Both the position numbers and the translations under genes were made by a program. Under the pieces are notes generated by a model. It was not told the origin of the DNA. It searched no databases and saw only the letters and a program-made list of their open reading frames with translations. From an uncultured bacterium (GTDB taxonomy: Bacteria > UBP7 > UBA6624): DNA of 64,000 bases. Shown here in pieces: positions 1 through 9,557 of the stretch; the first letter of the stretch is position 1; each line of letters begins with the position of its first letter. Location: the NCBI GenBank assembly GCA_964012435.1, contig CAXGSM010000001.1, forward strand, positions 64,001-128,000. Direction: 5' to 3'.

Positions 1-548
1 CCGAAGAATCTGCACTTATCGCCTTGAGAACTCAGCAGATCCTTTATCATGAAAGCGGGCTTTCAAGAGAGGTCGATCCATTTGGAGGTTCTAAATTTAT
101 CGAAGATGAAACTTGCAGAATAAGGAAAGAAGCAAATCAGATTATTGACTTGGTAAAAAAGTCTGGTGGAGCAATTAAATCTGTTGAGAATGGCTTGACT
201 TCATCTTTGATACATGAAGCAAGTCATAAATATCAAAAAGAAATCGAAAATAAAGAAAGATTAATAATTGGAGTAAATTCTTTTGAAGAAAATTCGTCAA
301 AGATCCCAGACCCTCAGTTGATACCAGAAAAAACTAGAGAAAATCAGATAAAAAAATTAAATGATGCAAAGAGTTCAAGGGATAAGGATGTTGTCAAAGA
401 AGCTTTAGGGAAACTATCAAAAGCTCAAAGGAGTAACGAGAACCTAATGCCTTCTATACTGAATGCTGTTAAACAAAAGTGCACGATTGGTGAAATTTGT
501 GCTGAACTTGGTCGACTTTGGGGAACACATTCGCAAATATCATCATAA
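1..548 (+). CDS. Methylmalonyl-CoA mutase family, substrate-binding (large) subunit; 5'-truncated by window edge
   Basis: Frame is open from the window start (EESALIALRTQQI...). Motifs LRTQQI..ESG, DPFGGS, IIGVN.F and NLMP.I..AVK...T.GEI match the C-terminus of split acyl-CoA mutase large subunits. Confidence 0.9.
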   Translation, partial: EESALIALRTQQILYHESGLSREVDPFGGSKFIEDETCRIRKEANQIIDLVKKSGGAIKSVENGLTSSLIHEASHKYQKEIENKERLIIGVNSFEENSSKIPDPQLIPEKTRENQIKKLNDAKSSRDKDVVKEALGKLSKAQRSNENLMPSILNAVKQKCTIGEICAELGRLWGTHSQISS

Positions 549-558
549 AATCTACCTT

Positions 559-2124
559 ATGCCAATTCCAATAGCTGATCCAAACAAAATTCTTAATTTA
601 ATGAACGATCTTGTTGAGATCAAAAGCTCAACTGGTTCTTACGGGGAAGACGATATTCTTGATTTTATAGAGTCATATGTAAAAAGAAAATGTGAAGGTG
701 GCATAGATGTGTTATCTTACAGTTATGAGGTTGAGAAAAATCCAAACTTCCCAGAGGAAAAAAGATCTATTGCATTGATTAAAAAGGGAAAAAGCAAGAA
801 TGCATTATTGTTTGTAGCCAATGTTGATACTGTAGGCACTTCTGACTATTCTTATCTTGAGCCTGTTTCTACCAGTCCAGACAAGCTTCTTAAAAGCTTA
901 AATGCTGAGGTTAAGGAGTCTAAAGTTGGACAAATGGACGATAGACCTCCATTATCAAAGCTTGCAACAAAACATGTAAAGACAAAAGATTGGATATGGG
1001 GTAGGGGAACTTTGGACATGAAAGGAAGTTTGGCTGCCTTAATCGAAACGATTATTGCATGGGAAAATGAAGATGCAAGTTTGGTTTTGCTTATTTGCCC
1101 TGATAGGCATGGCGATTCAGAAGGTATAAAAAATGCACTTCCTAAACTAGGCCAAGAAATCAGAAAAAGAAAAATGAGCATTGTTGGCATGGTAGGAACG
1201 GATGCTTGGGAGCCGTCAGCTGAAAATTCTGTTAGAGATGTGCATATGTCTCTTTTAGGCAAAGCTTTGGTTTGTGTTTATTACAGAGGTCCTACAGGAA
1301 CAATTTCATCAAATGATGGTTTTCCCTCAGCACTAGCCATAGGTTCAGACATCGTTAATGAATTGGATTGTGCTGAATATTTGGTAGAAGAAAAGGATGG
1401 AGTTAAAACTCCTAAGTCTTTATTTTTGTCAGCTAGAGATCTGAAAGACTCGTATAACACTCAGGTTCCTGGTGAATTTTGGGGTTTTATGCATGTGCCT
1501 ACTTTCAAAAAGCCAACAGAAATTCTAGAAGTCATTAAGGAGAAAGTTGCTGGCGTTATAGAAAAAAAAGTTTTAGAGAGATCGAAAAAGTTTGGATTTG
1601 ATGTAATTGATATCCCTATGCTTGATACACTCGAGCTTGTTGAAAAGCCTTACATAATTCCTAAAGGGCAGAATTTAAGAGAGTTATGCAGGGAGAAGTT
1701 TCTTGCAAGCGCTCTTTACAAAAAGATCAAATCACCCTGGTGTGTTGTTTCCATTATTCCTCCTTATTACCCAGGTTATTCTTGGAAGTCTTCTAAAAAA
1801 AGTGATTTTGAAAAAGCATTGGATAAAGTTTTGAAGAAGTCTGCTAAAAAATTTGAAATCGAACACGAGAAACAGCCTTTTTATAAAGATGTTTCTGAAT
1901 TTTCTTTAATTCCAGCAAGTAGAGACTATTGGATAGAGTTCACACCTCAACAACCCCTGAAGCTAACATCTTCAAAGGGCATAGGCGTTCAGGATATACC
2001 ATATGTGAACATTGGACCGTTAGGCTATGGAGCTGCGACTCATGAAGAGAGAGTCTTAAGAAAGGATGTTCTTGAAAGGATTCCTTTTACTCTATCTGCC
2101 TTAATCAAAGAATTTTTAGCTTAA
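559..2124 (+). CDS. RocB-like M20/M25/M40 metallohydrolase-fold protein with degenerate metal ligands
   Basis: W.WGRGTLDMKG, RDLKDSYNTQVP, PPYYP and VNIGP.G resemble RocB. Start moved to ATG 559, just after the upstream stop. Confidence 0.7.
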   Translation: MPIPIADPNKILNLMNDLVEIKSSTGSYGEDDILDFIESYVKRKCEGGIDVLSYSYEVEKNPNFPEEKRSIALIKKGKSKNALLFVANVDTVGTSDYSYLEPVSTSPDKLLKSLNAEVKESKVGQMDDRPPLSKLATKHVKTKDWIWGRGTLDMKGSLAALIETIIAWENEDASLVLLICPDRHGDSEGIKNALPKLGQEIRKRKMSIVGMVGTDAWEPSAENSVRDVHMSLLGKALVCVYYRGPTGTISSNDGFPSALAIGSDIVNELDCAEYLVEEKDGVKTPKSLFLSARDLKDSYNTQVPGEFWGFMHVPTFKKPTEILEVIKEKVAGVIEKKVLERSKKFGFDVIDIPMLDTLELVEKPYIIPKGQNLRELCREKFLASALYKKIKSPWCVVSIIPPYYPGYSWKSSKKSDFEKALDKVLKKSAKKFEIEHEKQPFYKDVSEFSLIPASRDYWIEFTPQQPLKLTSSKGIGVQDIPYVNIGPLGYGAATHEERVLRKDVLERIPFTLSALIKEFLA

Positions 2125-2176
2125 CCTAACTTTTCTGTTAAAAAATTTCTTACAGTTTGTTTTTGCTTGTTTACTG

Positions 2177-2251
2177 GAGTAAAAGTTACTCTGTTTGTTT
2201 TTCTTGGAATAAAATTCACTCTATCCAGTATTTTTAGAGTAAAATATATCC
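2177..2251. promoter_or_regulatory. Three operator-like 15-mers at exact 30-bp spacing; the third overlaps a -10 box (TAAAAT 2240-2245)
   Basis: GAGTAAAAGTTACTC (2177, perfect 6-bp inverted arms), GAATAAAATTCACTC (2207) and GAGTAAAATATATCC (2237). Confidence 0.7.
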
Positions 2252-2252
2252 T

Positions 2253-2726
2253 ATGTCGTTAAAAAAGATATTTGGTTCAAAGCTTAGAGCTGACATACTT
2301 CTCGAGGTTTTTTCGAACCCTGAGCAGGATTATCATGTCAGGAAGCTTGCTGCCATAGTTAATGGACATAGTACAAATGTTTCAAGAGAGCTCAGGATGT
2401 TGGAGGAGATTGGCATACTTGTTCATAGGAAAGTTGGTAGAAAAGTTATCGTAAGTTTAAAAAAAGACGATCCTTCAATAGAGCTTTTCGGTAGATGGAT
2501 ACAAGAATGGAAAAATCCAATAAGCAGGATTAAAAGATATGCATCAAAAAATAATCTTTCATTAAGGTCTGTAGACAGGCAAGACGAAACAGGTGATAGT
2601 GTTTTGGTTATCCTTGAGGGAAATGACACCCCTTCTGATCTTGAGGATTGTGTTGACATGATAAACTCAGACAAACAAAAACCCTTTCTGAAAGCTCTTT
2701 ATGTCTGGGTCCCTTCAGAAAGCTAG
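2253..2726 (+). CDS. Winged-helix (ArsR-like) DNA-binding protein with a possible degenerate minimal-nucleotidyltransferase C-domain
   Basis: FGSKLR..IL..F.NPE..YHVR.LA......VSREL..LE..GIL....G is typical of wHTH(-NTase) proteins. The C-domain lacks the GS...DxD motif. Confidence 0.7.
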   Translation: MSLKKIFGSKLRADILLEVFSNPEQDYHVRKLAAIVNGHSTNVSRELRMLEEIGILVHRKVGRKVIVSLKKDDPSIELFGRWIQEWKNPISRIKRYASKNNLSLRSVDRQDETGDSVLVILEGNDTPSDLEDCVDMINSDKQKPFLKALYVWVPSES

Positions 2727-3289
2727 TTGTTGAAGAAATAACCCATCATCGCTAAACCTTGAGCACCATTTCTTTGTGCTTCTTCCATGTCTGAAATTGA
2801 CATTCCCCCAAGGGCATAAGTTGGTTTCTTTATTTTTTTCGCTAATAATTTAAAATTCTCCCAACCTAAAGGTCTAAGGTATTTTTCTTTTGAAGGTGTA
2901 TTTTTAACTGGTGACAACAGTGCTGCATCAAATTTAAAGTTCTTAAATTTTTCTAATGAATTTATGTTATGGATTGATGCGGTAAGAAACAAATGGGAGT
3001 TAGCTTTGTAATTTTCAATCCATTCTCTTGAGGGTTCTGAATCTGGTGCATGCAATCCTTCAAACCCAATATCTGCAGCTATTTCAGGTTTTCCATTGAA
3101 TATCAAGAATAATTTTGGAAACTCTTTTCTTATCACCTTTGAAGTCTCTGTAAATTTTTTTTGATTGATTTTTTTATCTCTTACCTGGAGTGCATCCATC
3201 CCTCGATCAATCGCAATCTCTATCTTTTTAAGAATTGTTATTTCATTTTCTACCGATGGGGTTATGCCAATGGTGTCAATTCTTTTCAA
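2723..3289 (-). CDS. thiE: Thiamine phosphate synthase / TenI family protein
   Basis: LQVRDK, GLH, SIH, LSPV..T.SK and YALGG motifs; directly downstream of thiG. Confidence 0.75.
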   Translation of the reverse strand: MKRIDTIGITPSVENEITILKKIEIAIDRGMDALQVRDKKINQKKFTETSKVIRKEFPKLFLIFNGKPEIAADIGFEGLHAPDSEPSREWIENYKANSHLFLTASIHNINSLEKFKNFKFDAALLSPVKNTPSKEKYLRPLGWENFKLLAKKIKKPTYALGGMSISDMEEAQRNGAQGLAMMGYFFNN

Positions 3290-4056
3290 CTTCCGGGAAC
3301 ACCTTCTGTTGGGCTTGAGGGATCTGCAGCAAATTTTCTTGGCATTCTTCCAGCATCAAATGCTAATTTTCCAGCAATAATTGAATATTTCATTGCTTCA
3401 GCCATTTGAATTGGTTTTTTGGCTTCTGCTATAGCGGTATTCATAAGCACCCCATCTGCTCCTAACTCCATCGCAACAGCTGCATCACTGGCTGTTCCAA
3501 CACCTGCATCAACTATCATTGGCACATTGTTTATGGCTTTTCTAACTATTGATAACGTTTCTTTGTCCTGTATTCCAAGACCACTTCCTATAGGCGAAGC
3601 AAGCGGCATGACTGCATGGCAGCCAATCTCCTGAAGTTTTCTAGCTCCTACTGGATCAGGGCCGCAGTAAGGCATTACAACAAAGCCATCTTCAATCAGG
3701 ATTCTTGCTGCTTCTATGGTTTGTTCCATATCAGGCCATAAACTGAACTTATCGCCAATGACTTCTAGCTTTATTAGGTTTGTTTTCAATGCTTCTCTTG
3801 CAAGTTTTGCTGTCAATATTGCATCTTCAATATTAAAGCATCCAGCTGTATTTGGCAATAGGCTGAATTTTTCAGAATCAACAAAATCCAAAAGACCTTC
3901 TCCTTTTGGAGCGTTCAAATCAATTCTCCTAATTGCAACTGTTACCAAATCAGTACCACTTGCTTCTAAAGATTTTTTCATTATTTCGAAATTTTCATAT
4001 TTGCCTGTTCCTAAAACAAGTCTTGAATGAAATTCATAAGGTCCTATATTTAACAT
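3286..4056 (-). CDS. thiG: Thiazole synthase
   Basis: SRLVLGTGKY, LPNTAGC, IKLEVI, MPLASPIGSG, DAGVG and VLMNTAIA motifs. Confidence 0.97.
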   Translation of the reverse strand: MLNIGPYEFHSRLVLGTGKYENFEIMKKSLEASGTDLVTVAIRRIDLNAPKGEGLLDFVDSEKFSLLPNTAGCFNIEDAILTAKLAREALKTNLIKLEVIGDKFSLWPDMEQTIEAARILIEDGFVVMPYCGPDPVGARKLQEIGCHAVMPLASPIGSGLGIQDKETLSIVRKAINNVPMIVDAGVGTASDAAVAMELGADGVLMNTAIAEAKKPIQMAEAMKYSIIAGKLAFDAGRMPRKFAADPSSPTEGVPGS

Positions 4057-4254
4057 TTATCCTCCTGGGGCTGCTTTTACAAACTCTAGAGCATCTCCTT
4101 CTTTTAGTTCAATGCAATCCCTTTCATGACGATGAACTATTTCTCTATTTAAAGCCACTGCAACAAAGTCTGGTGATATTTTTAAATCTCTTAAAAGCTG
4201 ATTCACAGTTCCACCTTCGAAAGTTACGATCTTTCCGTTTACTTTTATTTTCAT
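4057..4254 (-). CDS. thiS: Sulfur carrier protein ThiS
   Basis: 65-aa ubiquitin-like protein (I.VNG...VAVALN.EIV) ending in GG, upstream of thiG. Confidence 0.95.
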   Translation of the reverse strand: MKIKVNGKIVTFEGGTVNQLLRDLKISPDFVAVALNREIVHRHERDCIELKEGDALEFVKAAPGG

Positions 4255-6218
4255 AGGTTGTTTTTAAACCAGTTAATCAACAATCTCAATCTTTCCATTT
4301 TTCTATTTGGAGAACCAGATCTTGATAATTCATGTGTTTCGTTTGGGAAACGGGCAAAGGAGACTTTTTGGCCTAGCATTTTCAGTGAAATAAAAAGTTG
4401 TTCTGCTTGCTCTATTGGACATCTTAAATCCTGTTCGCTGTGTATTATTAATGTAGCAGCTTTCATGTTTTCAACGTAGGTTATAGGGCTTTTTTCTATA
4501 TACACTTCAGGATTTTCCCAAGGTGTTTTGCCAATCTGTTCAATGTCAAAAAAGTAACCAATATCACTTGTTCCAAACATTGATGTGAAGTTCGATATAC
4601 CTCTTTGTGTAACTGCAGCTTTAAACATGTCAGTATGACCTATTATCCAATTTGTCATAAAGCCACCATAAGAACCACCACACACCCCAAGTCTTTTTTC
4701 ATCGATTTCTTTATGCCTCTTAAGGCTTGCTTGAACTGATTCAATAAGGTCTTCATAATCTCTCTCACCATATTTCTTAAAAACGCTATGTGCCCAGTCA
4801 ACACCATATCCATCAGAACCTCTAGGATTTCCATAAATGACTGCAAAACCTTCCCCTGCAAGCATTTGGAATTCAAGCATAAGGGCATTTCCGTAAACCG
4901 TTTTTGGACCTCCATGAATTTCTAATATTGCTGGAGCTTTTTTCTTATGTGTAAGTCTTGGCTTTATAACCCAAGCATCTACTAAAGTTTTATCGGAAGC
5001 TTCAAAGGTCATTTTTTCTGGTTTAAAAAATCTTCTCTTGCTTGCAAGGTTGTCATTATATTTTGTTATTTTTATAGCTTTTTTTCCATCTTTGACAAGC
5101 CATAATTCAGGAAAGGACACAGGAGAGGTCCTAAGCTCGATTCGGGACTCACCATCTTTTGATTGAGAATAACCAATTACAGAATATTCTGAATCAGAAA
5201 TGTATTTCCAGGATTGTTCTTTTATGTCTAGTTCAACAAGTCTTAGAGAGTCTTTAACGGTTGCAACAAACCTTGCTTTGTTTGATTTATCAGATATCCA
5301 AACATCACTTCCAGAAGGAAATCTTGTATCGCAATTCATCGAGTCTCCTATCCCGAATTCAAAATCACCTGTTATTTTTTTTAATTTTTTATTTTTTTGA
5401 ACTTCGTAAAGGCCGTCATTTGATGCCCATGACTTCTCCATACCATTTGCAATGACATAAATGTTATCTTTCGAAACAATAGGGCCATATACTCTTTTTC
5501 CAAAAGATGTGATCTTTGTTTCTTTCCCACCCTGCAGAGGTATTGAATAAAGTTCTGAAGACATTGCTTGATCCATGTCGTTTTCAGGATTTGGAGTTCT
5601 TGAATATAGAATTTTTTCATCTTGTGCAAACCAAGATCCAACACTCCATTTTCCAGATGTTATTTGTTTTGATTTTTTACTTTTTATTCTTTGTGCGAAT
5701 AGGTGATTTCTTTTTCTCAGGAATGAACCTTGTCCGTTGAGTCTCCAAAATGCTGATTCAATAACCTCAACATCGTCTGCAAGAGAGTCTTTGTATTTGG
5801 ACTTTTCAGGATTGCTAAAAGATGTAAACACCATTGATTTCCCATTTGGTGAAAAGTTAAAAGAGTTGATTCCGTTTTTTTGTTTTGTGAATTTTCTTGC
5901 TTCCCCTCCATTCATATCGAGCAAATAGATTTGATAATGTTCGTCTTTTGTTCTTTTTGAAAGGAAAGCAAGTGTTTTTCCGTCTGGTGACCATTTGGGC
6001 GAAAACGCATCAAACTCTTCAGAAGAAATCTTTTTGCTTTTTAGTGTTTTTAAATCTGTTATTGCAATTTCAGATTTCCAACAATTTTTTTTAGTGTTTT
6101 TGTGAGCTTTCTTCAAGACGTAGCATACGTTGTTTTTATTTGGATTGATTACAGGATCTGAAACATGAATAATTTTCTTTATATCTTTGATTGAGAAATT
6201 TTTTAATTCTTTTTTCAT
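4251..6218 (-). CDS. S9 family (acylaminoacyl/dipeptidyl) peptidase with N-terminal beta-propeller
   Basis: WSPDG repeats, IHGGP, NPRGS.GYG, nucleophile GGSYGG, and D.RCP and H triad region. Start placed at ATG 6218. Confidence 0.93.
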   Translation of the reverse strand: MKKELKNFSIKDIKKIIHVSDPVINPNKNNVCYVLKKAHKNTKKNCWKSEIAITDLKTLKSKKISSEEFDAFSPKWSPDGKTLAFLSKRTKDEHYQIYLLDMNGGEARKFTKQKNGINSFNFSPNGKSMVFTSFSNPEKSKYKDSLADDVEVIESAFWRLNGQGSFLRKRNHLFAQRIKSKKSKQITSGKWSVGSWFAQDEKILYSRTPNPENDMDQAMSSELYSIPLQGGKETKITSFGKRVYGPIVSKDNIYVIANGMEKSWASNDGLYEVQKNKKLKKITGDFEFGIGDSMNCDTRFPSGSDVWISDKSNKARFVATVKDSLRLVELDIKEQSWKYISDSEYSVIGYSQSKDGESRIELRTSPVSFPELWLVKDGKKAIKITKYNDNLASKRRFFKPEKMTFEASDKTLVDAWVIKPRLTHKKKAPAILEIHGGPKTVYGNALMLEFQMLAGEGFAVIYGNPRGSDGYGVDWAHSVFKKYGERDYEDLIESVQASLKRHKEIDEKRLGVCGGSYGGFMTNWIIGHTDMFKAAVTQRGISNFTSMFGTSDIGYFFDIEQIGKTPWENPEVYIEKSPITYVENMKAATLIIHSEQDLRCPIEQAEQLFISLKMLGQKVSFARFPNETHELSRSGSPNRKMERLRLLINWFKNNL

Positions 6219-6220
6219 TC

Positions 6221-7648
6221 TTACCAAGCTCTTGAGAATAATGCTTTTATTTTTGTCTTAGAGCCATCTTGAGCAATATTTTCACCTGAAGGTTTAAGAC
6301 ATCTTATTGTTGCTTTTGTTTTTTCTTTAATCTCTGCTTCAAGGTCTTTGTTTTCTGGATTCCATGGAATCCATATTGCTTTTTTGGAGTCAATTGCTTC
6401 TTTGATTTCTTCAGATTTTCTTCCTTCTAGTATCCTGTTTTCCATTTTGCTTTTTGCCGCTTCAAAAAGGCTTTTTTGAATGTCTGATTTTAAGAATTCA
6501 CAAGTTTCGATGATTTCTTCAATTTTTATTTTTTTCTTTGAGCCATCATCCCTTCTTGCTATCATGCATGAATTTTCTTCCAGGTCTCTTGGTCCTATTT
6601 CAATTCTTATAGGTACACCTTTTAGCTCCCAGTCATTGAATTTGAATCCAGGTCTTAGGTTCTCTCTATTGTCATAAGTGGTTTTAAATCCTTTTTTTGT
6701 AAGGTCCTCTTTTATTTTGAGGCTGATTTCATTTACTTTAGGGTTTTTTTCAGCAGCAATAGGGATTATCACTATTTGAATTGGAGCAATCTTTGGAGGA
6801 AGGATTAAACCTTTATCGTCACCATGCGTTAAAACAAGCCCTCCAATAAGCCTTGTTGAAACGCCCCATGATGTTTGAAAAGGGTGCTTTCTTGTTTCAT
6901 CTTTATCTTGGAACCATATGTCAAAAGCTTTTGCAAAATTTGTTCCGAGGTAATGACTTGTACCCATCTGTAATGCTTGCCCATCTGGCAAAATCGTTTC
7001 TATAGTGTGAGTCTCTACTGCTCCAGCAAATTTTTCAGATTCAGATTTTTGACCGTAAACCAAAGGCACAGCAAGAAAGTCTTGAACCGTATCTCTGTAA
7101 ACTTCAAGCATTAAAAGTGTTTCCTTCAATGCTTCTTCTTTTGTTGCATGAACAGTATGTCCTTCTTGCCACAAGAATTCAGTGGTACGTAAAAAAGGTC
7201 TTGTTGTTTTTTCCCATCTCATTACATTTGCCCATTGATTTATGAGTATTGGAAGATCTCTGTAACCATTTATCCATTTGGAATACATATGACAAATCAT
7301 CGCTTCGCTTGTTGGTCGAATTGCAAGCCTTTCCTCAAGCGGTTCACTACCAGCTGTTTCAACCCATGCAACTTCAGGGGCAAAACCTTCAACATGCTCT
7401 GCTTCCTTTTTTAAAAAAGATTCTGGTATCAATAATGGAAAATAAGCATTCTGATGACCTGTTTCTTTAAATCGTTTATCAAGTTCTTTTTGAATCTCTT
7501 CCCATATGGCATAGCCGTGAGGCTTTATAACCATTGAACCTCTGACTGGAGCATAATCAACAAGGCCTGCTTTCAATACTGTGTCAGTGTACCATTGAGA
7601 CAAATTTTCTTCTCTTGAAGAGACGCCTAAGTTTTTTGATTTGTTCAT
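6221..7648 (-). CDS. proS: Proline--tRNA ligase, archaeal/eukaryal (Thermus-like) type
   Basis: HVEGFAPE, RPTSE, QWANV.RWE...PFLRTTEFLWQEGH, TSWGVSTR and GVPIRIEIGPRD motifs. Confidence 0.97.
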   Translation of the reverse strand: MNKSKNLGVSSREENLSQWYTDTVLKAGLVDYAPVRGSMVIKPHGYAIWEEIQKELDKRFKETGHQNAYFPLLIPESFLKKEAEHVEGFAPEVAWVETAGSEPLEERLAIRPTSEAMICHMYSKWINGYRDLPILINQWANVMRWEKTTRPFLRTTEFLWQEGHTVHATKEEALKETLLMLEVYRDTVQDFLAVPLVYGQKSESEKFAGAVETHTIETILPDGQALQMGTSHYLGTNFAKAFDIWFQDKDETRKHPFQTSWGVSTRLIGGLVLTHGDDKGLILPPKIAPIQIVIIPIAAEKNPKVNEISLKIKEDLTKKGFKTTYDNRENLRPGFKFNDWELKGVPIRIEIGPRDLEENSCMIARRDDGSKKKIKIEEIIETCEFLKSDIQKSLFEAAKSKMENRILEGRKSEEIKEAIDSKKAIWIPWNPENKDLEAEIKEKTKATIRCLKPSGENIAQDGSKTKIKALFSRAW

Positions 7649-7670
7649 CTTGTTATATCGTACTATTTAT

Positions 7671-8477
7671 TCAACAATCTATTCCCCAAGACTTCATGAA
7701 AGACAGAGTTTCTTTTACGTCATGTACGCGAATTAGCTTAGCTCCATTCAAAATGCTCCAAAGCGCAACAAACAACGAACCTTCCAATCTTTCATCAACA
7801 TCTTTGTTTGTAAGTTCTCCAATGAGTGATTTTCTGCTGACCCCAATTGCTATGTTTTTGTCTATTTTTTTTATTTTTTCAAGATTATTGATTATTTCTA
7901 TATTTGCATTTTGAGTTTTTCCAAATCCAATACCAGGGTCAAGGTAGTATTTTTTTATATTAAATTTTTGAAGCGTTTGAGATGCAGTTTGAAAAAAAGA
8001 TATCACATGAGGCATAACCTCTGTTTTTTTTAATGGTTTAATTTGCATTTTTCTTGGAGGCCATAAAGCATGATTAACAATCAGATGTAATTTTTTCTGG
8101 CAGATTGTTTTTAATGCTTCTTCATTAGGCATCCCAGAAGGGTTGTTGATCATTTCTACTTCGAAATCAGATATCTTTTTGATATTTTGAGAATGATATG
8201 TATCTATGCTTATTTTTGTTTTTTCTTTGTCTATTTTCCCTTCTATGCTTGTGAGAAAAGGTTTCAGTCTCCTCCATTCCTCATCATGATTTAGTTGTGT
8301 TGAGTCAGGTCGAGTTGATTCTGCCCCTATATCTATCCATGCTGCACCTTGATTAGACATTGCAATGCATTCGGCTACAGCTTTATCGTTTTCATATCTG
8401 CTATTTTCCCAGAAAGAATCTGGCGTGATGTTGATGACGCCCATGATTTCAATAGATGATTTTGTTTTAGTTTTCAA
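7671..8477 (-). CDS. folP: Dihydropteroate synthase
   Basis: MGVINITPDSF, IDIGAESTRP, DPGIGFGK, SRKS and IRVHDV motifs. Confidence 0.95.
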   Translation of the reverse strand: MKTKTKSSIEIMGVINITPDSFWENSRYENDKAVAECIAMSNQGAAWIDIGAESTRPDSTQLNHDEEWRRLKPFLTSIEGKIDKEKTKISIDTYHSQNIKKISDFEVEMINNPSGMPNEEALKTICQKKLHLIVNHALWPPRKMQIKPLKKTEVMPHVISFFQTASQTLQKFNIKKYYLDPGIGFGKTQNANIEIINNLEKIKKIDKNIAIGVSRKSLIGELTNKDVDERLEGSLFVALWSILNGAKLIRVHDVKETLSFMKSWGIDC

Positions 8478-9501
8478 TTATGACTTTGCCACTGCCGTTA
8501 TTTGAAATTTCACCAATTTTCCAAGAAGGATAGGGCAGTTCAGATAAGCATTTTAGACATTCTTGTTCTTTTTCTTTTGAAATGATTATTCCAAAACCAA
8601 TACCCATATTGAAGGTTTTGTAAGCTTCTTCATCGGCTATGCCAGATTTGGATACAAGCCAATCGACAATTGTCGGTCTAGAAAAGGAAGATGGTTTTAT
8701 TAAGCAGTTTACATTCTCAGGTATTATTCTCTCGAAGTTTCTGATCATGCCTCCACCAGTGATATGTGAAAAACCTTTTATTCCATCAATTGAACCGCAA
8801 ACCTTTTTGGCTAATGGCCAATATAGTCTTGTAGGTTCAGATAACTGAACTCCTACAGGGACAGATGAACCTTTGCGAGGTTGTTTGATGTCTATCTGCA
8901 TTTCTTCTATTATTTTTCTAACAAGAGAAAACCCATTGCTGTGAAAACCAGAAGAAGAAACACCGATAACTATGTCTCCAGGTTCTATTTGTTGATGAGG
9001 GTCTAAGAGTTTGTGCTTATCCGTAAATGAGCCAAGGCCAAATCCAACTATATCAATTTCACCTTTCTCATAAAAGCCAGGCATTTCTGCCGTTTCTCCA
9101 CCCAAAAGCACAGTTTCAGAAATAGAACATGAATCAGCAATACCTTTTATAACTTTATAAAAAACTTCTGTATCCAGGTTGCCAGTAGCGTAATAGTCCA
9201 AAAACACATCTGGCTTGGCACCACTTGCACATATGTCATTCAGAACCATGCCAACACAATCTTGACCAGCCCAGTTTTCAGTGCCCATTTCTAAATGAAG
9301 TAATGTTTTTGTACCGACGCCATCACATGAAAGTGCAAGATTTCTATCCGATATTTTGACTATTCCAGAATAACCTGCTTTGTTGGGGATATACCTTTTG
9401 TCATGTGTTGCCGACACTAAAGATTTTATTTTCCTCAAGGAATCTTCAGCTTTTTCTATATTTACGCCTGAATCTTTGTATGTGATTTTTTTTCTTTCCA
9501 T
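8467..9501 (-). CDS. purM: Phosphoribosylformylglycinamidine cyclo-ligase (AIR synthetase)
   Basis: TYKDSGVN, DGVGTK, GGETAEMPG, SSGFHSNGFS, HITGGG and TFNMGIG motifs. Start could be TTG 9513. Confidence 0.96.
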   Translation of the reverse strand: MERKKITYKDSGVNIEKAEDSLRKIKSLVSATHDKRYIPNKAGYSGIVKISDRNLALSCDGVGTKTLLHLEMGTENWAGQDCVGMVLNDICASGAKPDVFLDYYATGNLDTEVFYKVIKGIADSCSISETVLLGGETAEMPGFYEKGEIDIVGFGLGSFTDKHKLLDPHQQIEPGDIVIGVSSSGFHSNGFSLVRKIIEEMQIDIKQPRKGSSVPVGVQLSEPTRLYWPLAKKVCGSIDGIKGFSHITGGGMIRNFERIIPENVNCLIKPSSFSRPTIVDWLVSKSGIADEEAYKTFNMGIGFGIIISKEKEQECLKCLSELPYPSWKIGEISNNGSGKVIIEN

Positions 9502-9557
9502 GCTTTTTACCAAGTATATATGTAGATTCTATTTTTTTTCAATCTAGAATTTGAATA

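Noticed and set aside
2155..2251. 30-bp periodic repeat as a mini-CRISPR
   Set aside because: The repeats are only 15 bp with 15-bp linkers that are partly repeated themselves, and there are no cas genes. An operator array fits better.
4251..4320. TPP riboswitch upstream of thiSGE
   Set aside because: thiS overlaps the peptidase stop codon, leaving no leader in which a riboswitch could sit.
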